Shown here one piece after another: positions 8,319 to 18,474 of a stretch of DNA of 40,697 nucleotides; the stretch's first letter is position 1; each line of letters opens with the position of its first letter. The notes beneath the pieces are model-generated. The model ran no database searches, had not been told where the DNA came from, and saw only the letters and a program-made list of their open reading frames with translations. Source of the DNA: a virus. The stretch lies in the UHGV virus genome UHGV-1333064. One strand, given 5' to 3'. Both the position numbers and the translations under genes were made by a program.

Positions 8319-8624
8319 CTACTCCTGTACGAAAATGAGGTGGCTGTATGTGCCGAGGTTGGTTTTGGTGGGCTCGTCTGGTGCGCCCTTATCGGTCGCC
8401 ACCACCAGCGCGCCATCAATGCCAAGCTGTGGATATTGTCGTAAAAGGTTTACGCCGGTCAGTAGAGGTACGCCAGAGAGAAGCGCGGCACCGCCGCTAT
8501 CCATCACGTCCATAATCCAGCCAGCCGCATCACGCCAGATGATCCTGAGTGTATACGTGGTATTGCCCAGCAAAACGCGGAACTGCTGATTGTCAGGAGA
8601 AAGCGGTATTTCGTTAAACTGCAT
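8319..8624 (-). CDS. tail protein, hypothetical
   Basis: 101-aa ORF tightly packed (2-nt gaps) between tail genes on the same strand. Confidence 0.4.
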   Translation of the reverse strand: MQFNEIPLSPDNQQFRVLLGNTTYTLRIIWRDAAGWIMDVMDSGGAALLSGVPLLTGVNLLRQYPQLGIDGALVVATDKGAPDEPTKTNLGTYSHLIFVQE

Positions 8625-8625
8625 A

Positions 8626-9228
8626 TCATCCCCCGAATGCTGATGTAACGCTTCCGCCCAGCTGGCTCAGCAAGGATTCGTTTGGCGGTGTAGTGGATTT
8701 CATCCCGGAATTCTGCACCGCCGATGTGCTGACGCCATCCTGCATATCTGATTTATCTGCAACGCTAACGCTCTGCGTCTGCGACATGATCACTTCACGC
8801 AGGGTAAGCGTGCAGTTCAGCACGTTCTCGCTGGTTTTATCCGTTGTCACCTCGATGGCTCGCACCAGCATATTGCTGTAAACCCGCTTTCCGGTCACTA
8901 CATCGAACGGCACCCGAGAGGACTGGAGATCCAGTAGTTGCTGATAGGTCTCTTTCGGGCTAAGTCCGGCGCTGAGGCCGATTGACGATGTATCAATGAA
9001 GTCCAGCAACGAACCGCCACCAGCGAAGCCGCATTCCATTGTGACTTCGCTGGGGCGCTTATACGCATGATCGGCGATGAAGCCCGAAGCGCTATTCGTT
9101 GTTGGCTTCTCCACCGGGTGCTCAGTAATTTCGAGCGCATCAGAATGCTTTTCGGAGACGACCACGCTGGGGATCAGCAGGCCAATTCGCCGGGATTGCT
9201 GGCGAAAAATCGCTGATAAAATATCCAT
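8626..9228 (-). CDS. tail protein, hypothetical (tape-measure-proximal)
   Basis: 200-aa ORF whose start abuts the tape-measure stop (ATGA overlap at 9228). Confidence 0.4.
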   Translation of the reverse strand: MDILSAIFRQQSRRIGLLIPSVVVSEKHSDALEITEHPVEKPTTNSASGFIADHAYKRPSEVTMECGFAGGGSLLDFIDTSSIGLSAGLSPKETYQQLLDLQSSRVPFDVVTGKRVYSNMLVRAIEVTTDKTSENVLNCTLTLREVIMSQTQSVSVADKSDMQDGVSTSAVQNSGMKSTTPPNESLLSQLGGSVTSAFGG

Positions 9229-11243
9229 TATCTCGGTCCTGCGGGGAGTTGCTGGGTTAACTGTGAATTCACGCCCTTTTGACGATCAACAGTCAAACGG
9301 GCAGCCTCGCGCGGATCGGAAACGCCGTGGATGTTAATATTCGTTTCCTGCTGAATCACCGGGGCGCTGGTGGGCATGTTGCTCATTACTTTCGGAATGT
9401 AGTTACGCGTTTCCTGCGGCATTAACCCCATGCCATAGCGCTTAACATTCCCGATCCCCCAGTTATATGATGCCAGTGCTTTGCTAAGGTCTCCGCCGTT
9501 CTGCCGCAACAGCTGGCTGAGGTACTTAGCTGCGGCCTGAGCTGACTTTTGCGGGTCGAATACATCGTTTCCGCGAAGGCCCATGTCGCGCGCCGTACCA
9601 TCCATAAACTGAAACAGACCTTTAGCGCCAGCGCCTGAAACGGCGAACTGATTACCGCCAGATTCCGTTATGGCCACACTGCGCAATAACCCCTCCGGAA
9701 GCCGGTAGAGCTGTTCCAGGTTGGTAAGCATCGGCTGCATCCATCCCAGCAGTTCAGAGCCTGCTTTGGTTGGCTGTGGCCGCTTAACTGACTGGCCGAG
9801 CTGTTCAGGCTCATCATCACCGAACCAGCCGCGCACCGTTCGGCCCACGCTGCGAGGATCGAATCCCCAGTGCTCTTTAATCCAGTCGGCGGTACCGTTG
9901 GCGCTGTCTGTTACCATCGGCATCGCTGACGGATTTTCGCTGCCCTGATTTAGCAGCTGTTTGCCTATACTAGCGGCCTGCGCCCAGTTTCCATCTTTTA
10001 TGGCATTCAGCAAATCAGCGATCATGTTCAGCATCTTGCCGAACTCACCCATTTGCGAAATGAAGTTGCTAAAATCCCACTTTAGGGACCATGACTTGGG
10101 GTCAATACCGAGCAACTTAGCCAGCGCTTTTGTCAGGTCCGTAACAGTCTTTTTCAGGTCACCAATCATTTTGACGGCCTGATCAATTTCAGTCTTCCAT
10201 TTCCCCCAGTCAATCAGGCTTTTGCCACCTTCTTTCCACGTCTGGTAATCATCCAAGAGCAGACCAAGTGCAATAATAAGCGTCGTTATCATGCCCAAGG
10301 GTGATGACATGAAAGCGGTATTTAGCAGCCGCCATGCAACCAACAGCCCACTGAACAATGCGATAAGCTGCTGCGTGGCTGGGTTCAGCTTTTTGAACCA
10401 GGCGATCACACCCTCAACAGCTTGCCCAGTTCGCCATAACACGCGGGTAATCGCGTCACCTGCCCAGAGAATTCCTTTGATGATCTTCGTGATGACCGCT
10501 TCAATCTTCGGCCAGTTGTCGAGTATCTGCCTGCGGAAGTTATCAATACTGCCAGCAAGGCCACCAGCTAGGTTAGAGCCAATCTTGTCTTTCGCCTGTC
10601 CAAGCGTCATCGTCAGATTACGCATGGAGGTCATGAAAATATTGGACTGTTTAGCCGCTGACTCAGCATTAAAACCAATACGCTTTGCCGTCAACGCGTA
10701 CTCAGAACTGAGCTGCCCCATCCCTCTGCGCATCGCCATCAGCGTGTTTTCATCGATGCCAAGCATCTGCGCGTATTGTTTCGCGCGGTAATACGGCATG
10801 TTGTTGAGCTTTTGCCCAACGCCAGTAAAGATGGCCGCAGTATCACGCATCTTTCCGCTGGCATCGCGGGTCTGTACGCCCAGACGGTTCAGGAACCCTT
10901 CCGCCCCCGGATTGCTACGCATGAAACCAGCCAACCCTTCAAGAGAGGACATGGCCGACTCGGCGCTGGCACCGGTTTGCGATGCGGCATAGCCCAGCGC
11001 TTTGATGCCCTGGACGCTGGCCCCCGTCCGCTGGGATGCCCAGTAAATTTTATCCAGACCATTCGCGATCTGGGTGGTAAATCCGACAATGCTAAGCGCT
11101 GAGCCTTTCACCACCGCGCCGACCTTCAGAACGTTCGCGGTAACGCCTTTCAGCACGGCTTCAAACTTATTAGCGCCAGCCTGATCGATATCGAATCCCA
11201 GCGAAACAAGGAAATCTTTAATCGTATCTGCGTTACCGCTCAT
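9228..11243 (-). CDS. tail tape measure protein with C-terminal lytic transglycosylase (SLT) domain
   Basis: 671-aa ORF with a hydrophobic/alpha-helical central region; C-terminal ...VAITESGGNQFAVSGAGAKGLFQFMDGTARDMGL...YNWGIGN matches the SLT catalytic region (E-S...GLMQ-like). ATG 11241-11243. Confidence 0.8.
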   Translation of the reverse strand: MSGNADTIKDFLVSLGFDIDQAGANKFEAVLKGVTANVLKVGAVVKGSALSIVGFTTQIANGLDKIYWASQRTGASVQGIKALGYAASQTGASAESAMSSLEGLAGFMRSNPGAEGFLNRLGVQTRDASGKMRDTAAIFTGVGQKLNNMPYYRAKQYAQMLGIDENTLMAMRRGMGQLSSEYALTAKRIGFNAESAAKQSNIFMTSMRNLTMTLGQAKDKIGSNLAGGLAGSIDNFRRQILDNWPKIEAVITKIIKGILWAGDAITRVLWRTGQAVEGVIAWFKKLNPATQQLIALFSGLLVAWRLLNTAFMSSPLGMITTLIIALGLLLDDYQTWKEGGKSLIDWGKWKTEIDQAVKMIGDLKKTVTDLTKALAKLLGIDPKSWSLKWDFSNFISQMGEFGKMLNMIADLLNAIKDGNWAQAASIGKQLLNQGSENPSAMPMVTDSANGTADWIKEHWGFDPRSVGRTVRGWFGDDEPEQLGQSVKRPQPTKAGSELLGWMQPMLTNLEQLYRLPEGLLRSVAITESGGNQFAVSGAGAKGLFQFMDGTARDMGLRGNDVFDPQKSAQAAAKYLSQLLRQNGGDLSKALASYNWGIGNVKRYGMGLMPQETRNYIPKVMSNMPTSAPVIQQETNINIHGVSDPREAARLTVDRQKGVNSQLTQQLPAGPR

Positions 11244-11478
11244 TGGCCGCTCTCCATTTATCTACCCGGGCGTCGTTATCCTCGCGCATGTCGAGGTAGT
11301 CATTGAGAAGCGCGATACGGCAGAGGTCTACCGCACCGCTGTTAAGGTCTTTCTGGTCAATATGGAAGGCAAGCGCCGGACGAAGAATAAAGTCTTCACC
11401 GCCCGGCAGGCTGTTGAAGGTTATTCCGCTGGCGGGGTGGGCGTCTCGCTGGTAGGGAGTCCTTGCAAAAAATTTCCC
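11244..11478 (-). other. candidate -1 programmed frameshift extension of the tail assembly chaperone (lambda G-T analogue)
   Basis: The -1 frame is open from the slippery-like run GGGAAATTTTTTG (plus coordinates 11466-11478, inside the chaperone gene) through the whole 177-nt gap and ends at a TAA overlapping the tape-measure ATG. Heptamers G_GGA_AAU and A_AAU_UUU fit X_XXY_YYZ. Confidence 0.4.
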
Positions 11479-11846
11479 AGAGAGTCGGCGACCACCCGCG
11501 CCACCAGTTGCAGCATGGTCAGCAGGTCGATATCGTCAAACGCCATTTCGCCATGCTGGCAGACCGGCACCCAGCCTTTCATGTGCTCGCGTGAAACAAC
11601 GGAAAGGCAGGGGAACAGGATAGCGTCCACGTCGCCATCGCTCAGATCGGACACAGCATTGGCAATCTTTGGCAGGATGGTAGCCATCGCGCCTTCGGTG
11701 TCTTTGCTGCTGATCTTCTCCTGAACGCTCCGGAAGTCAGAAACCATCCCGGCCAGCACCGGCAACAGCTTGCGGGACACCTTCAGCTGTTCGAAAACGC
11801 TGAGCTTTGCGGTGCGATATTTCACGCCTTTAATTTCGAATTCCAT
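11421..11846 (-). CDS. tail assembly chaperone (gpG-like)
   Basis: 141-aa acidic ORF between the tube and tape-measure genes; canonical position for the chaperone. Confidence 0.6.
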   Translation of the reverse strand: MEFEIKGVKYRTAKLSVFEQLKVSRKLLPVLAGMVSDFRSVQEKISSKDTEGAMATILPKIANAVSDLSDGDVDAILFPCLSVVSREHMKGWVPVCQHGEMAFDDIDLLTMLQLVARVVADSLGNFLQGLPTSETPTPPAE

Positions 11847-11849
11847 GCG

Positions 11850-12290
11850 TTAAAACTCCCCGAGAAGCTGGTCAATCTTGCCGCAGTCGAATACCCAGGC
11901 GACGGTTCCACCCTCTTCAGCGTTATTGAAATCAGGCTGTTTCTGGAATGCACACGAACGCGCAGTAGAAATATCACCCGATGCCGTGTTGCGAATGACG
12001 ATCACGTTATTGCCCCAGGTGGCAGAGGACTGGCTTTGCGCGTTATACGCCAGAGACAGCTTTTTATTCACCGGGGAGGTTTTGAGTAGCGTCACCGTAA
12101 TGGTGCCTGACTTATCGGCGTGCAGGCTGTGCATCACCTCGCCATCGGCACCGATGGTCATGGTGTTTTTGTTGCCGCCCATGGTCTGGGTGATACCTTC
12201 CTCAGAGTTCGCAGAACCCTGACCAAGATCGATAACGCCGGTCGGCCCGGTGAGCGACGCGGTTACATCGAGAAAAGAATAAGTTGCCAT
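11850..12290 (-). CDS. tail tube protein
   Basis: 146-aa ORF immediately downstream of the sheath gene. Confidence 0.6.
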   Translation of the reverse strand: MATYSFLDVTASLTGPTGVIDLGQGSANSEEGITQTMGGNKNTMTIGADGEVMHSLHADKSGTITVTLLKTSPVNKKLSLAYNAQSQSSATWGNNVIVIRNTASGDISTARSCAFQKQPDFNNAEEGGTVAWVFDCGKIDQLLGEF

Positions 12291-12300
12291 TTATCGCTCC

Positions 12301-13461
12301 TTAGCGAACCACGTTGATCTGCACATCGGCATAATGAACTGCGCCAGCCAGCTTACAGGCCACCTGGATTAACGGTGCTTTGCGCGCTTCGCGGTCGGCC
12401 TGCGCCTGTTCGGACAGCGGTTGCGCATACACGTAATAGCCTTTGGTCAGCGTATCGCCGGAATTCAGTTGCCCGATAGGGCCACCATTCCACACGCCAG
12501 CCGCTACCAGACCGTTCGTGACGGACTGATCCATAGACTGTTCAACGTTGGAAAGCAGACGGGTCACACCGGCATCAGTCTGCGGAATTTTGGTGGTGCT
12601 GGTGTAAAGCAGGTTATAGAGGTTGGTCTGAACGTAGTTCTGCAACCAGTCGAGCCCGTGGCGCTCGTCGAAGAAGTCACCGTTCGCCATGACACCCTGT
12701 TGCAGGATCGCCGTGTCGTTGGCGTAGTACACGAACACGTTCGCATTCTTCGTATCCACCGCAGCCGCCTGGCCTACCGTCAACGTTTCGTAGGTTACGC
12801 TCGGTTCCTGTTTGAATTTCAGGGTAATGGTGGTATTGCTGCCGTTGAAATTGACAGTAAACGCGCGACCGAAAGCTGAAACCGCCGCATAAGGGCTGCT
12901 GGTGGAATATTGAATAAAGGTACGGGAATACTTACCGGCCTTTAATTTAGACGCAACATCGGTCGTCGAAGTCGTGCTGATGATCTCAGCGTCGGCTGAC
13001 GTTACCCCGAAAATGCGGCTCAGGCTGGACGCTTCGATGAGTTTAGCAACCTCAATCACGTCGTCAGCATCAAGCACATCATCGCCATCAGCAACATCAT
13101 CAGCGACAACCAGCCCATACCAGTTGGTATACTGCAGGCAGGCATTAACAGCTTGCACGATGGTTTCCACGCTTCCACCTTCGGAAGAGGTCAGCGTCTT
13201 CGCCCAGCGGCCAACATAAACCTGCGTCGGCTTCGGCGACTGGCTGAAGAAAACCTGCGCCGCTTCATATTCCGGGCTGTCGACTCCGAAGTCCTCGCCA
13301 ATGTCCTCAACGGACGCATAAAGGCGGACGCGTTCCTGCACTGGAATGACAGTGGAAGAACCGAGGATCAGCAGCGCGCCGAAGTTACGACCAGTAGCCG
13401 CTTTCGGCGAGATGATCACATCAACGTTTACAACGTTGGATACAGGTAAGCCCTGCGTCAT
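12301..13461 (-). CDS. tail sheath protein (contractile tail)
   Basis: 386-aa ORF followed by tube and chaperone genes; size and order consistent with sheath proteins. Confidence 0.7.
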   Translation of the reverse strand: MTQGLPVSNVVNVDVIISPKAATGRNFGALLILGSSTVIPVQERVRLYASVEDIGEDFGVDSPEYEAAQVFFSQSPKPTQVYVGRWAKTLTSSEGGSVETIVQAVNACLQYTNWYGLVVADDVADGDDVLDADDVIEVAKLIEASSLSRIFGVTSADAEIISTTSTTDVASKLKAGKYSRTFIQYSTSSPYAAVSAFGRAFTVNFNGSNTTITLKFKQEPSVTYETLTVGQAAAVDTKNANVFVYYANDTAILQQGVMANGDFFDERHGLDWLQNYVQTNLYNLLYTSTTKIPQTDAGVTRLLSNVEQSMDQSVTNGLVAAGVWNGGPIGQLNSGDTLTKGYYVYAQPLSEQAQADREARKAPLIQVACKLAGAVHYADVQINVVR

Positions 13462-13464
13462 AGT

Positions 13465-14091
13465 TTATTCTCCAAAAAAGGTGACTGGCGCTTCCACCAG
13501 CGATTTAATACCGTACTCGCGCACAACCTTCCGGCGCAGGCGCACCGTCATGTCGTAGCGGCGAACCCATTGCTGGTTGATAAGTTCGGGGAAAGGGGTC
13601 AGACCGGTATAGTCGCCCAGAGACAAACCAAGCGCGTTCAGCTCAGCATTGTTTTGCGGGACAGATATGCCATCGCGAAAACGGGACGCATAAGACATAC
13701 CAGCCGGGCCATAGAACGACGCCATGCACTCGAACGTTTCATGCCGCCAGAGCTGAGCGCCCTCGTCGGTCTGATTGGTGAATGCAGGGTTGTTATCAAT
13801 GAGCAACCCGGTAACGCCAAACGCGCACCAGTTCGTTTCAACGGGTGGCAGTGGCGGCTGATTTTTCTGCCAGCGCGGACGAACCATTCCAGACGGCAAG
13901 CCGGAAACATTGCGCATCCACTGGCTTAACAGCCTGTCTAGCGCTTCGTCATAATCCGGATCGCCGCTGGTGGGTGTCAGCCAGCCGCGCTCTGTGCTGG
14001 TGTTATTGCTCAACGGGAGTTCCCCCATCAAACGGCAGTAATTCGCAATGTGCCTGGACGAAGCCAGCACCGTAAGCCGTGTACGGGTCAA
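13465..14091 (-). CDS. hypothetical virion/tail-completion protein
   Basis: Track ORF begins at TTG; the first in-frame ATG would be 14026-14028. Lies between head-tail genes and the sheath. Confidence 0.4.
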   Translation of the reverse strand: MTRTRLTVLASSRHIANYCRLMGELPLSNNTSTERGWLTPTSGDPDYDEALDRLLSQWMRNVSGLPSGMVRPRWQKNQPPLPPVETNWCAFGVTGLLIDNNPAFTNQTDEGAQLWRHETFECMASFYGPAGMSYASRFRDGISVPQNNAELNALGLSLGDYTGLTPFPELINQQWVRRYDMTVRLRRKVVREYGIKSLVEAPVTFFGE

Positions 14092-14392
14092 CGAATGTCA
14101 CACGATAATCACGGTTCTGGTACGTCACGATATCGGCGTCACGGCCAGTCTGCCCCTGCGTCAGCCGCTCAGTTGTCACGATGAGAATCGCGCCACTGAT
14201 AACCTGGCCGGACTGCATACGTCGGTTTTCGAGAGAGCGGTCAACGGTAACAACTCCGGCAAACTGCGTTTTAACTTCGCTGTCGCTGCCGATCCCGTCC
14301 TCGTCCACCGTTTGCGCGCGACGCGTTACCCACAGGTTGAAGTCGCAAAAATCGGGGTCAAAAAGTACGTCCGTCACATCAAGATTCGGCAT
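14003..14392 (-). CDS. hypothetical head-tail joining protein
   Basis: 129-aa ORF in the head-to-tail transition block, same strand, overlapping its neighbours. Confidence 0.4.
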   Translation of the reverse strand: MPNLDVTDVLFDPDFCDFNLWVTRRAQTVDEDGIGSDSEVKTQFAGVVTVDRSLENRRMQSGQVISGAILIVTTERLTQGQTGRDADIVTYQNRDYRVTFVDPYTAYGAGFVQAHCELLPFDGGTPVEQ

Positions 14393-14966
14393 CTTTATCC
14401 CTCACAATATGGGTAATGGCTCTGCGGTACTGTCCGGTATCAATCAACGGCCTTACATTCTCATTGCTTATCAATTGACCAGAATCTGGGTTGATAGCAT
14501 TAAGCTTTCCGTCTGCCGATCTGCGTGCTAACTCAGCTTTCGCCCCTTTGCGCCCTCGACGCGCGCGGGCTTCAACGGTGCTATCAGCAAGCGGTGTAAA
14601 GCCGGTAATGGTCATGTAACGCCTGACGCCATTCGCGGCCAGCGTTCCGGCGCGGTTAAGCGCTCTTTCCGCACCCGCCGCATTTCCATCAAGCGCAGCC
14701 TGCGCCGCTGCTTTGAGCTGCGGCACCGTCTGTTCCTCTACGGATTTAACGCCGGGGATCAGGTGCGGGCGTGGGGGGATGTTTTGCGCTGGTGAGCCGT
14801 ATTCGTTGACGTAACCGATCCCGGCATTACCAAACGGAACATCCTCACGCTCGCTGTCTTCTTCCGGGATGCCCACCAGCACATCCTTTTTGGTTAGCGA
14901 CCGGAGCGCATCCAGAATGGCCTGAGCGTTATCAACCCTCGTTGTTACACCACTTTTGAAACTCAT
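14379..14966 (-). CDS. hypothetical virion protein
   Basis: 195-aa ORF overlapping both neighbours by a few nt (translational coupling). Confidence 0.4.
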   Translation of the reverse strand: MSFKSGVTTRVDNAQAILDALRSLTKKDVLVGIPEEDSEREDVPFGNAGIGYVNEYGSPAQNIPPRPHLIPGVKSVEEQTVPQLKAAAQAALDGNAAGAERALNRAGTLAANGVRRYMTITGFTPLADSTVEARARRGRKGAKAELARRSADGKLNAINPDSGQLISNENVRPLIDTGQYRRAITHIVRDKDAES

Positions 14967-15382
14967 AGCTGGCGACCGCCCGCACCGAACATCGTGATCA
15001 GCTGATAAAATTCAGCGCCATATCGGGTGTTATTCCAGAAGCCTGCGTCAGGGTTTAGCGTCGCGCTGGTGTCATAGCTGACGCTTACCTTGTCAACGGA
15101 CTTGGAGGACTGAACACCATTGGTTGAGCCACCCGGGCCGCCGACGAGCATTGCCCGGCTATCTGCCGCCCAGAGCGTCATGTAGTGAGCCACGAACAAC
15201 TCGACAAAGTACGGAAACAACTCTTTGCCGGTGACGTTTTCGCTCAGCAGCACATCAGCCAGATTCAGACGAAACTGGATTTGTGCTTCGGGATATTTGG
15301 CAGGGTCAGCAAACTGTGGAAAGTCGCGCCGAAAATCACTTACTGTTGGCAGGCTTTGATTCTTTGGCATCTTTCGCCCCAT
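14963..15382 (-). CDS. hypothetical head-tail connector-region protein
   Basis: Track ORF 14963..15469 trimmed to the internal Met of MGRKMPKN; the longer N-terminus would overlap the upstream gene extensively. Start uncertain. Confidence 0.35.
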   Translation of the reverse strand: MGRKMPKNQSLPTVSDFRRDFPQFADPAKYPEAQIQFRLNLADVLLSENVTGKELFPYFVELFVAHYMTLWAADSRAMLVGGPGGSTNGVQSSKSVDKVSVSYDTSATLNPDAGFWNNTRYGAEFYQLITMFGAGGRQL

Positions 15383-15725
15383 TACCGCCAGTCTGGGCGG
15401 CAGCAATCTGCGCTTGCAGGCTGTCGTTCTGCTCTTGCAGCTTGAGCAGCGCTTCTCGCAGATCGGCAATCAACTGATCTTTATCGATAATCTGCTTATC
15501 TTTGTCGGCAATCTGAGCTTGCAGGCTGTCGATAATGGGTTGCAGATCATCGGTGTCGCTAATCACGCTTTCGGAAAGCTCGGAGTGCGCCTGGGTGAAC
15601 CAGTGCGACGCGACCTCTTCCGGTACGTTATGCCGTCCCCGGCCAAACTCCCTTTTTGACTGATCGCCGAGCGTCAGCGTAAACGGGGTGTGAACATGGA
15701 TGGTAACCAGCTTTTCTTTCGCCAT
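15336..15725 (-). CDS. hypothetical head-associated protein with coiled-coil C-terminus
   Basis: 129-aa ORF directly downstream of the capsid gene; C-terminal heptad-like [39 protein letters not shown]. Confidence 0.4.
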   Translation of the reverse strand: MAKEKLVTIHVHTPFTLTLGDQSKREFGRGRHNVPEEVASHWFTQAHSELSESVISDTDDLQPIIDSLQAQIADKDKQIIDKDQLIADLREALLKLQEQNDSLQAQIAAAQTGGNGAKDAKESKPANSK

Positions 15726-15766
15726 TTTCAGTTCCCTTCTGGCCCCTTTCGGGGCCGTTCTGGTTA

Positions 15767-16708
15767 TCAGATACCGTCCACGTAGGACAGGGTTTCTTTG
15801 TACACTGGCTCAACCGCACCGAGCTTGCCGTAGTAGGTCGCAATCTGATACAGACCGCGATACTGGACAGGAACGCTCTGCAACGGCACCAGCGGATAGC
15901 GCACGTATTTCTTGTCGTTGGTGTAGGCGATCATACGGTCTTTACCGCCAACCCCACGCCCTTTCAGCCATTTGACCGCTTTGATTTCAAGCGGAACGCC
16001 GTTCTGGTGGAAAGCGATAGTGTTCACAGCCAGATAGGTCAGCAGTGACTGGTTACCCGCTTCGGAAACCTTACGGCTCGCCAGCAGTGAATACTGCTCT
16101 GGCGGAATGCGCAGATCAGAAGGCACGATGGAATAACCGGATGCTGCCCAGGCATTAGACAGAATGCTGTTCACGCTATCGAGGATCTCGTCGTTGGTTG
16201 AGTTCGCCCAGGTCTTCGGCGCGTTGTTCAGCGTCACACCGACGAGGTTTGCCAGACCTTTCAGGCCGAGTGCGTCATCACCGATGTAAACCTGCTCGTC
16301 GTTGTCCATCTGCCATTTGAGCTGCATCCCGTCGTACTTCTGGGTATCAATCGGGCGGCCTACCTGCTGAGCAGCTGCCAGCTCTACAACGGTCCAGCCC
16401 AGTTCCATACCCCAGAGGTTCAGTGGATTGCCGTCTTTGCTGATATCCACGTTCACGCCAGCAATAGCGGTGGAGTCTTTGCCTACCCAGTTTTTACCAT
16501 TCGGATTTGCACCAGTACCCGCAGCGGCGAAGCTGGTATTCGTCCAGCTGGAAATGTCATCTGCGATAGACACGTCTTCACGCAGTTGAATATCTCGGGT
16601 CCAGGTGTACCCCACCAGAGGCAGGTTCAGCGTCTGGTCGAGTCGCTCCAGCTCCCCGATGAGAAAGGCACCGGAGCTATCTACGGTTGCCTGATCAAAA
16701 GTAATCAT
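15767..16708 (-). CDS. major capsid protein
   Basis: 313-aa ORF downstream of the protease/scaffold and a small head gene, upstream of head-tail genes; size and position typical of a major capsid protein. Confidence 0.65.
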   Translation of the reverse strand: MITFDQATVDSSGAFLIGELERLDQTLNLPLVGYTWTRDIQLREDVSIADDISSWTNTSFAAAGTGANPNGKNWVGKDSTAIAGVNVDISKDGNPLNLWGMELGWTVVELAAAQQVGRPIDTQKYDGMQLKWQMDNDEQVYIGDDALGLKGLANLVGVTLNNAPKTWANSTNDEILDSVNSILSNAWAASGYSIVPSDLRIPPEQYSLLASRKVSEAGNQSLLTYLAVNTIAFHQNGVPLEIKAVKWLKGRGVGGKDRMIAYTNDKKYVRYPLVPLQSVPVQYRGLYQIATYYGKLGAVEPVYKETLSYVDGI

Positions 16709-16719
16709 TTGTCTGTTCC

Positions 16720-17223
16720 TTAAATCTTCCAGGAGATTTCTGCATTACCGTTAGCGTCACCGGCACCTGTGAATTCGGCGTTGGTCAGCGCCACGTTTTT
16801 GCCACTGACGGACGTGGACATGAAGCCGCCCAGCGGCACTTTGATGGATTCATCAGTGGAGACGACAACGTATACCGGGTCGCCTTTTTTGATGGTGCTG
16901 GCATCAAAATCAGAACCGAGATTAACGGTCATGTAGCCACGCTTCATGGCGTCACCCGGGAAGTTCTTATCCGTCCCCACCTGGCGAACCATGTCTGGCT
17001 GCGATGTGGTCGGATACGGACGAACGTAGATCCCCTTCACCTTGTCGGCGGTGTCACCGTCCGCCAGCGGCACGAAAAAGCCGTCAGCGTCATATTTGCC
17101 AGCCAGACCATAGGCAGCGAAGGCGTTAGCGGATTTAAGGATCACCGGTTCGACGGTTAAGTCCTGCGGGCGAGAGATAGCCCCGGCAATGCCAACAGGC
17201 ATCCGGTACAGATATGCAGTCAT
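16720..17223 (-). CDS. hypothetical head protein (decoration/cement-like candidate)
   Basis: 167-aa ORF between the protease/scaffold and the major capsid gene. Confidence 0.4.
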   Translation of the reverse strand: MTAYLYRMPVGIAGAISRPQDLTVEPVILKSANAFAAYGLAGKYDADGFFVPLADGDTADKVKGIYVRPYPTTSQPDMVRQVGTDKNFPGDAMKRGYMTVNLGSDFDASTIKKGDPVYVVVSTDESIKVPLGGFMSTSVSGKNVALTNAEFTGAGDANGNAEISWKI

Positions 17224-17227
17224 TGGA

Positions 17228-18460
17228 TTATCCTTTGCGGTTAGACCAGAAGTCGGCGTTTTGTTTGTTCAGGGAAGCGATGCTGGTCATGCCCATATTT
17301 GGACGTTGTGCATCGCCCGTGGTGCTGCGGGTGTTTCGCCCTTTGGCAATCTCAGACACGGCGTTAAACGCCATATCGACCGATTGCTTGGGCAATTTGC
17401 GGATATCTGCATCACCGACAACCTGGCGAACCAGTGTTTTGTCAGCGGCGGACAGCACATCACGTTTGAACGCGGTCGGTTTCACCTTACGGCTCAGATC
17501 GATACCCGGAACGATAACTTCGGCACGATAAGCAGCGTCACCGGTAATCGTGGTTTCCTCTTCGTCGTCCTCACCGTCGCCGGTAGGGTCTTTGTTATCT
17601 TTGCCGTCAGGCTTATCGTCGTTATCGCCCGTTGCAGTACCTTCCAGCTTAGCCAGCAGGGCTTTGAGCAAGGTTTTGATATCGTCCTCGCCGTCGCCGG
17701 TTGGCTCTCCGCCCATTTCCGGCTTTTTGTCCGGCAATGGTTGCTGCGGTGAAAGGTTAATGTTGAGGTTAACGCCGCTCGGCAGATCCCCTTCGTCACC
17801 CGTTACCGCCGCTGGCGCAGAGTCCAGCAGTTCGTTCATGGTGTCAGCGTCACCCGTTTTGATGGCCGTGCGCATGCGGGTCCACCAGCTTTTCTTTTGA
17901 TTTGCCATTGTGTCTCTGTCTCCAATTGCACAACGATTTCCGGCTCTGCCTTTAGGGACAAGAGCCACATGGTTTCCGGTAATATCGACCTGCTCGGCTT
18001 TACCTGGCTCGGTCTGCTCGTACTCCGCGTCATAGCCGCACGACACTTCGCGCAGACCATCTTCGATAAGCTGAATGGCGCTTTCGTCTTTGACGATAAG
18101 GTCTGCCAGCATCAAATCAGACTGATCACCAGTCCCGCGCCGAACGTTCTGAAGATGCCCGACCGCAAGCTCTTTCCAGTTCTCGGGGTTGACCAGCCGC
18201 ACATTCCCGTTTTCATCTTCAGGATGCAGGATCGTGATGCTCATCCCTTCGAATGAGGCGAGCGTGGCCGGATGGAATACCTGATCAGGAGAGCGCGTTA
18301 CGACTATCTCGCCGAGCTTGTCGGGTTTGAGGTTTGGCAGATCGGCAGCGCCGTAAAGCTGCTTACCCGTTCGACCTATCGGCACGTCTTTGCACAGCAG
18401 CGAGCCGTCAGCCAGCTGATAACGGGTTTCCCCCAGCCGGGTATTGAAAAAATATTTCAT
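17228..18460 (-). CDS. prohead protease/scaffold-like protein
   Basis: 410-aa ORF after the head-morphogenesis gene, with a very acidic Gly/Asp/Glu-rich low-complexity centre (TGDGEDDEEETT...) typical of scaffold-type proteins. Confidence 0.5.
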   Translation of the reverse strand: MKYFFNTRLGETRYQLADGSLLCKDVPIGRTGKQLYGAADLPNLKPDKLGEIVVTRSPDQVFHPATLASFEGMSITILHPEDENGNVRLVNPENWKELAVGHLQNVRRGTGDQSDLMLADLIVKDESAIQLIEDGLREVSCGYDAEYEQTEPGKAEQVDITGNHVALVPKGRAGNRCAIGDRDTMANQKKSWWTRMRTAIKTGDADTMNELLDSAPAAVTGDEGDLPSGVNLNINLSPQQPLPDKKPEMGGEPTGDGEDDIKTLLKALLAKLEGTATGDNDDKPDGKDNKDPTGDGEDDEEETTITGDAAYRAEVIVPGIDLSRKVKPTAFKRDVLSAADKTLVRQVVGDADIRKLPKQSVDMAFNAVSEIAKGRNTRSTTGDAQRPNMGMTSIASLNKQNADFWSNRKG

Positions 18461-18474
18461 GGTTTACCTGCGAT

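Noticed and set aside
9721-11102. Plus-strand ORFs of 64-166 aa within the tape-measure gene
   Set aside because: Entirely antisense to a long, well-supported minus-strand gene; no coupling or RBS evidence.
12421-12879. 152-aa plus-strand ORF
   Set aside because: Antisense to the tail sheath gene; no supporting context.
17550-17900. Ser/Pro-rich 116-aa plus-strand ORF
   Set aside because: Antisense to the acidic low-complexity region of the protease/scaffold gene; a compositional artefact.
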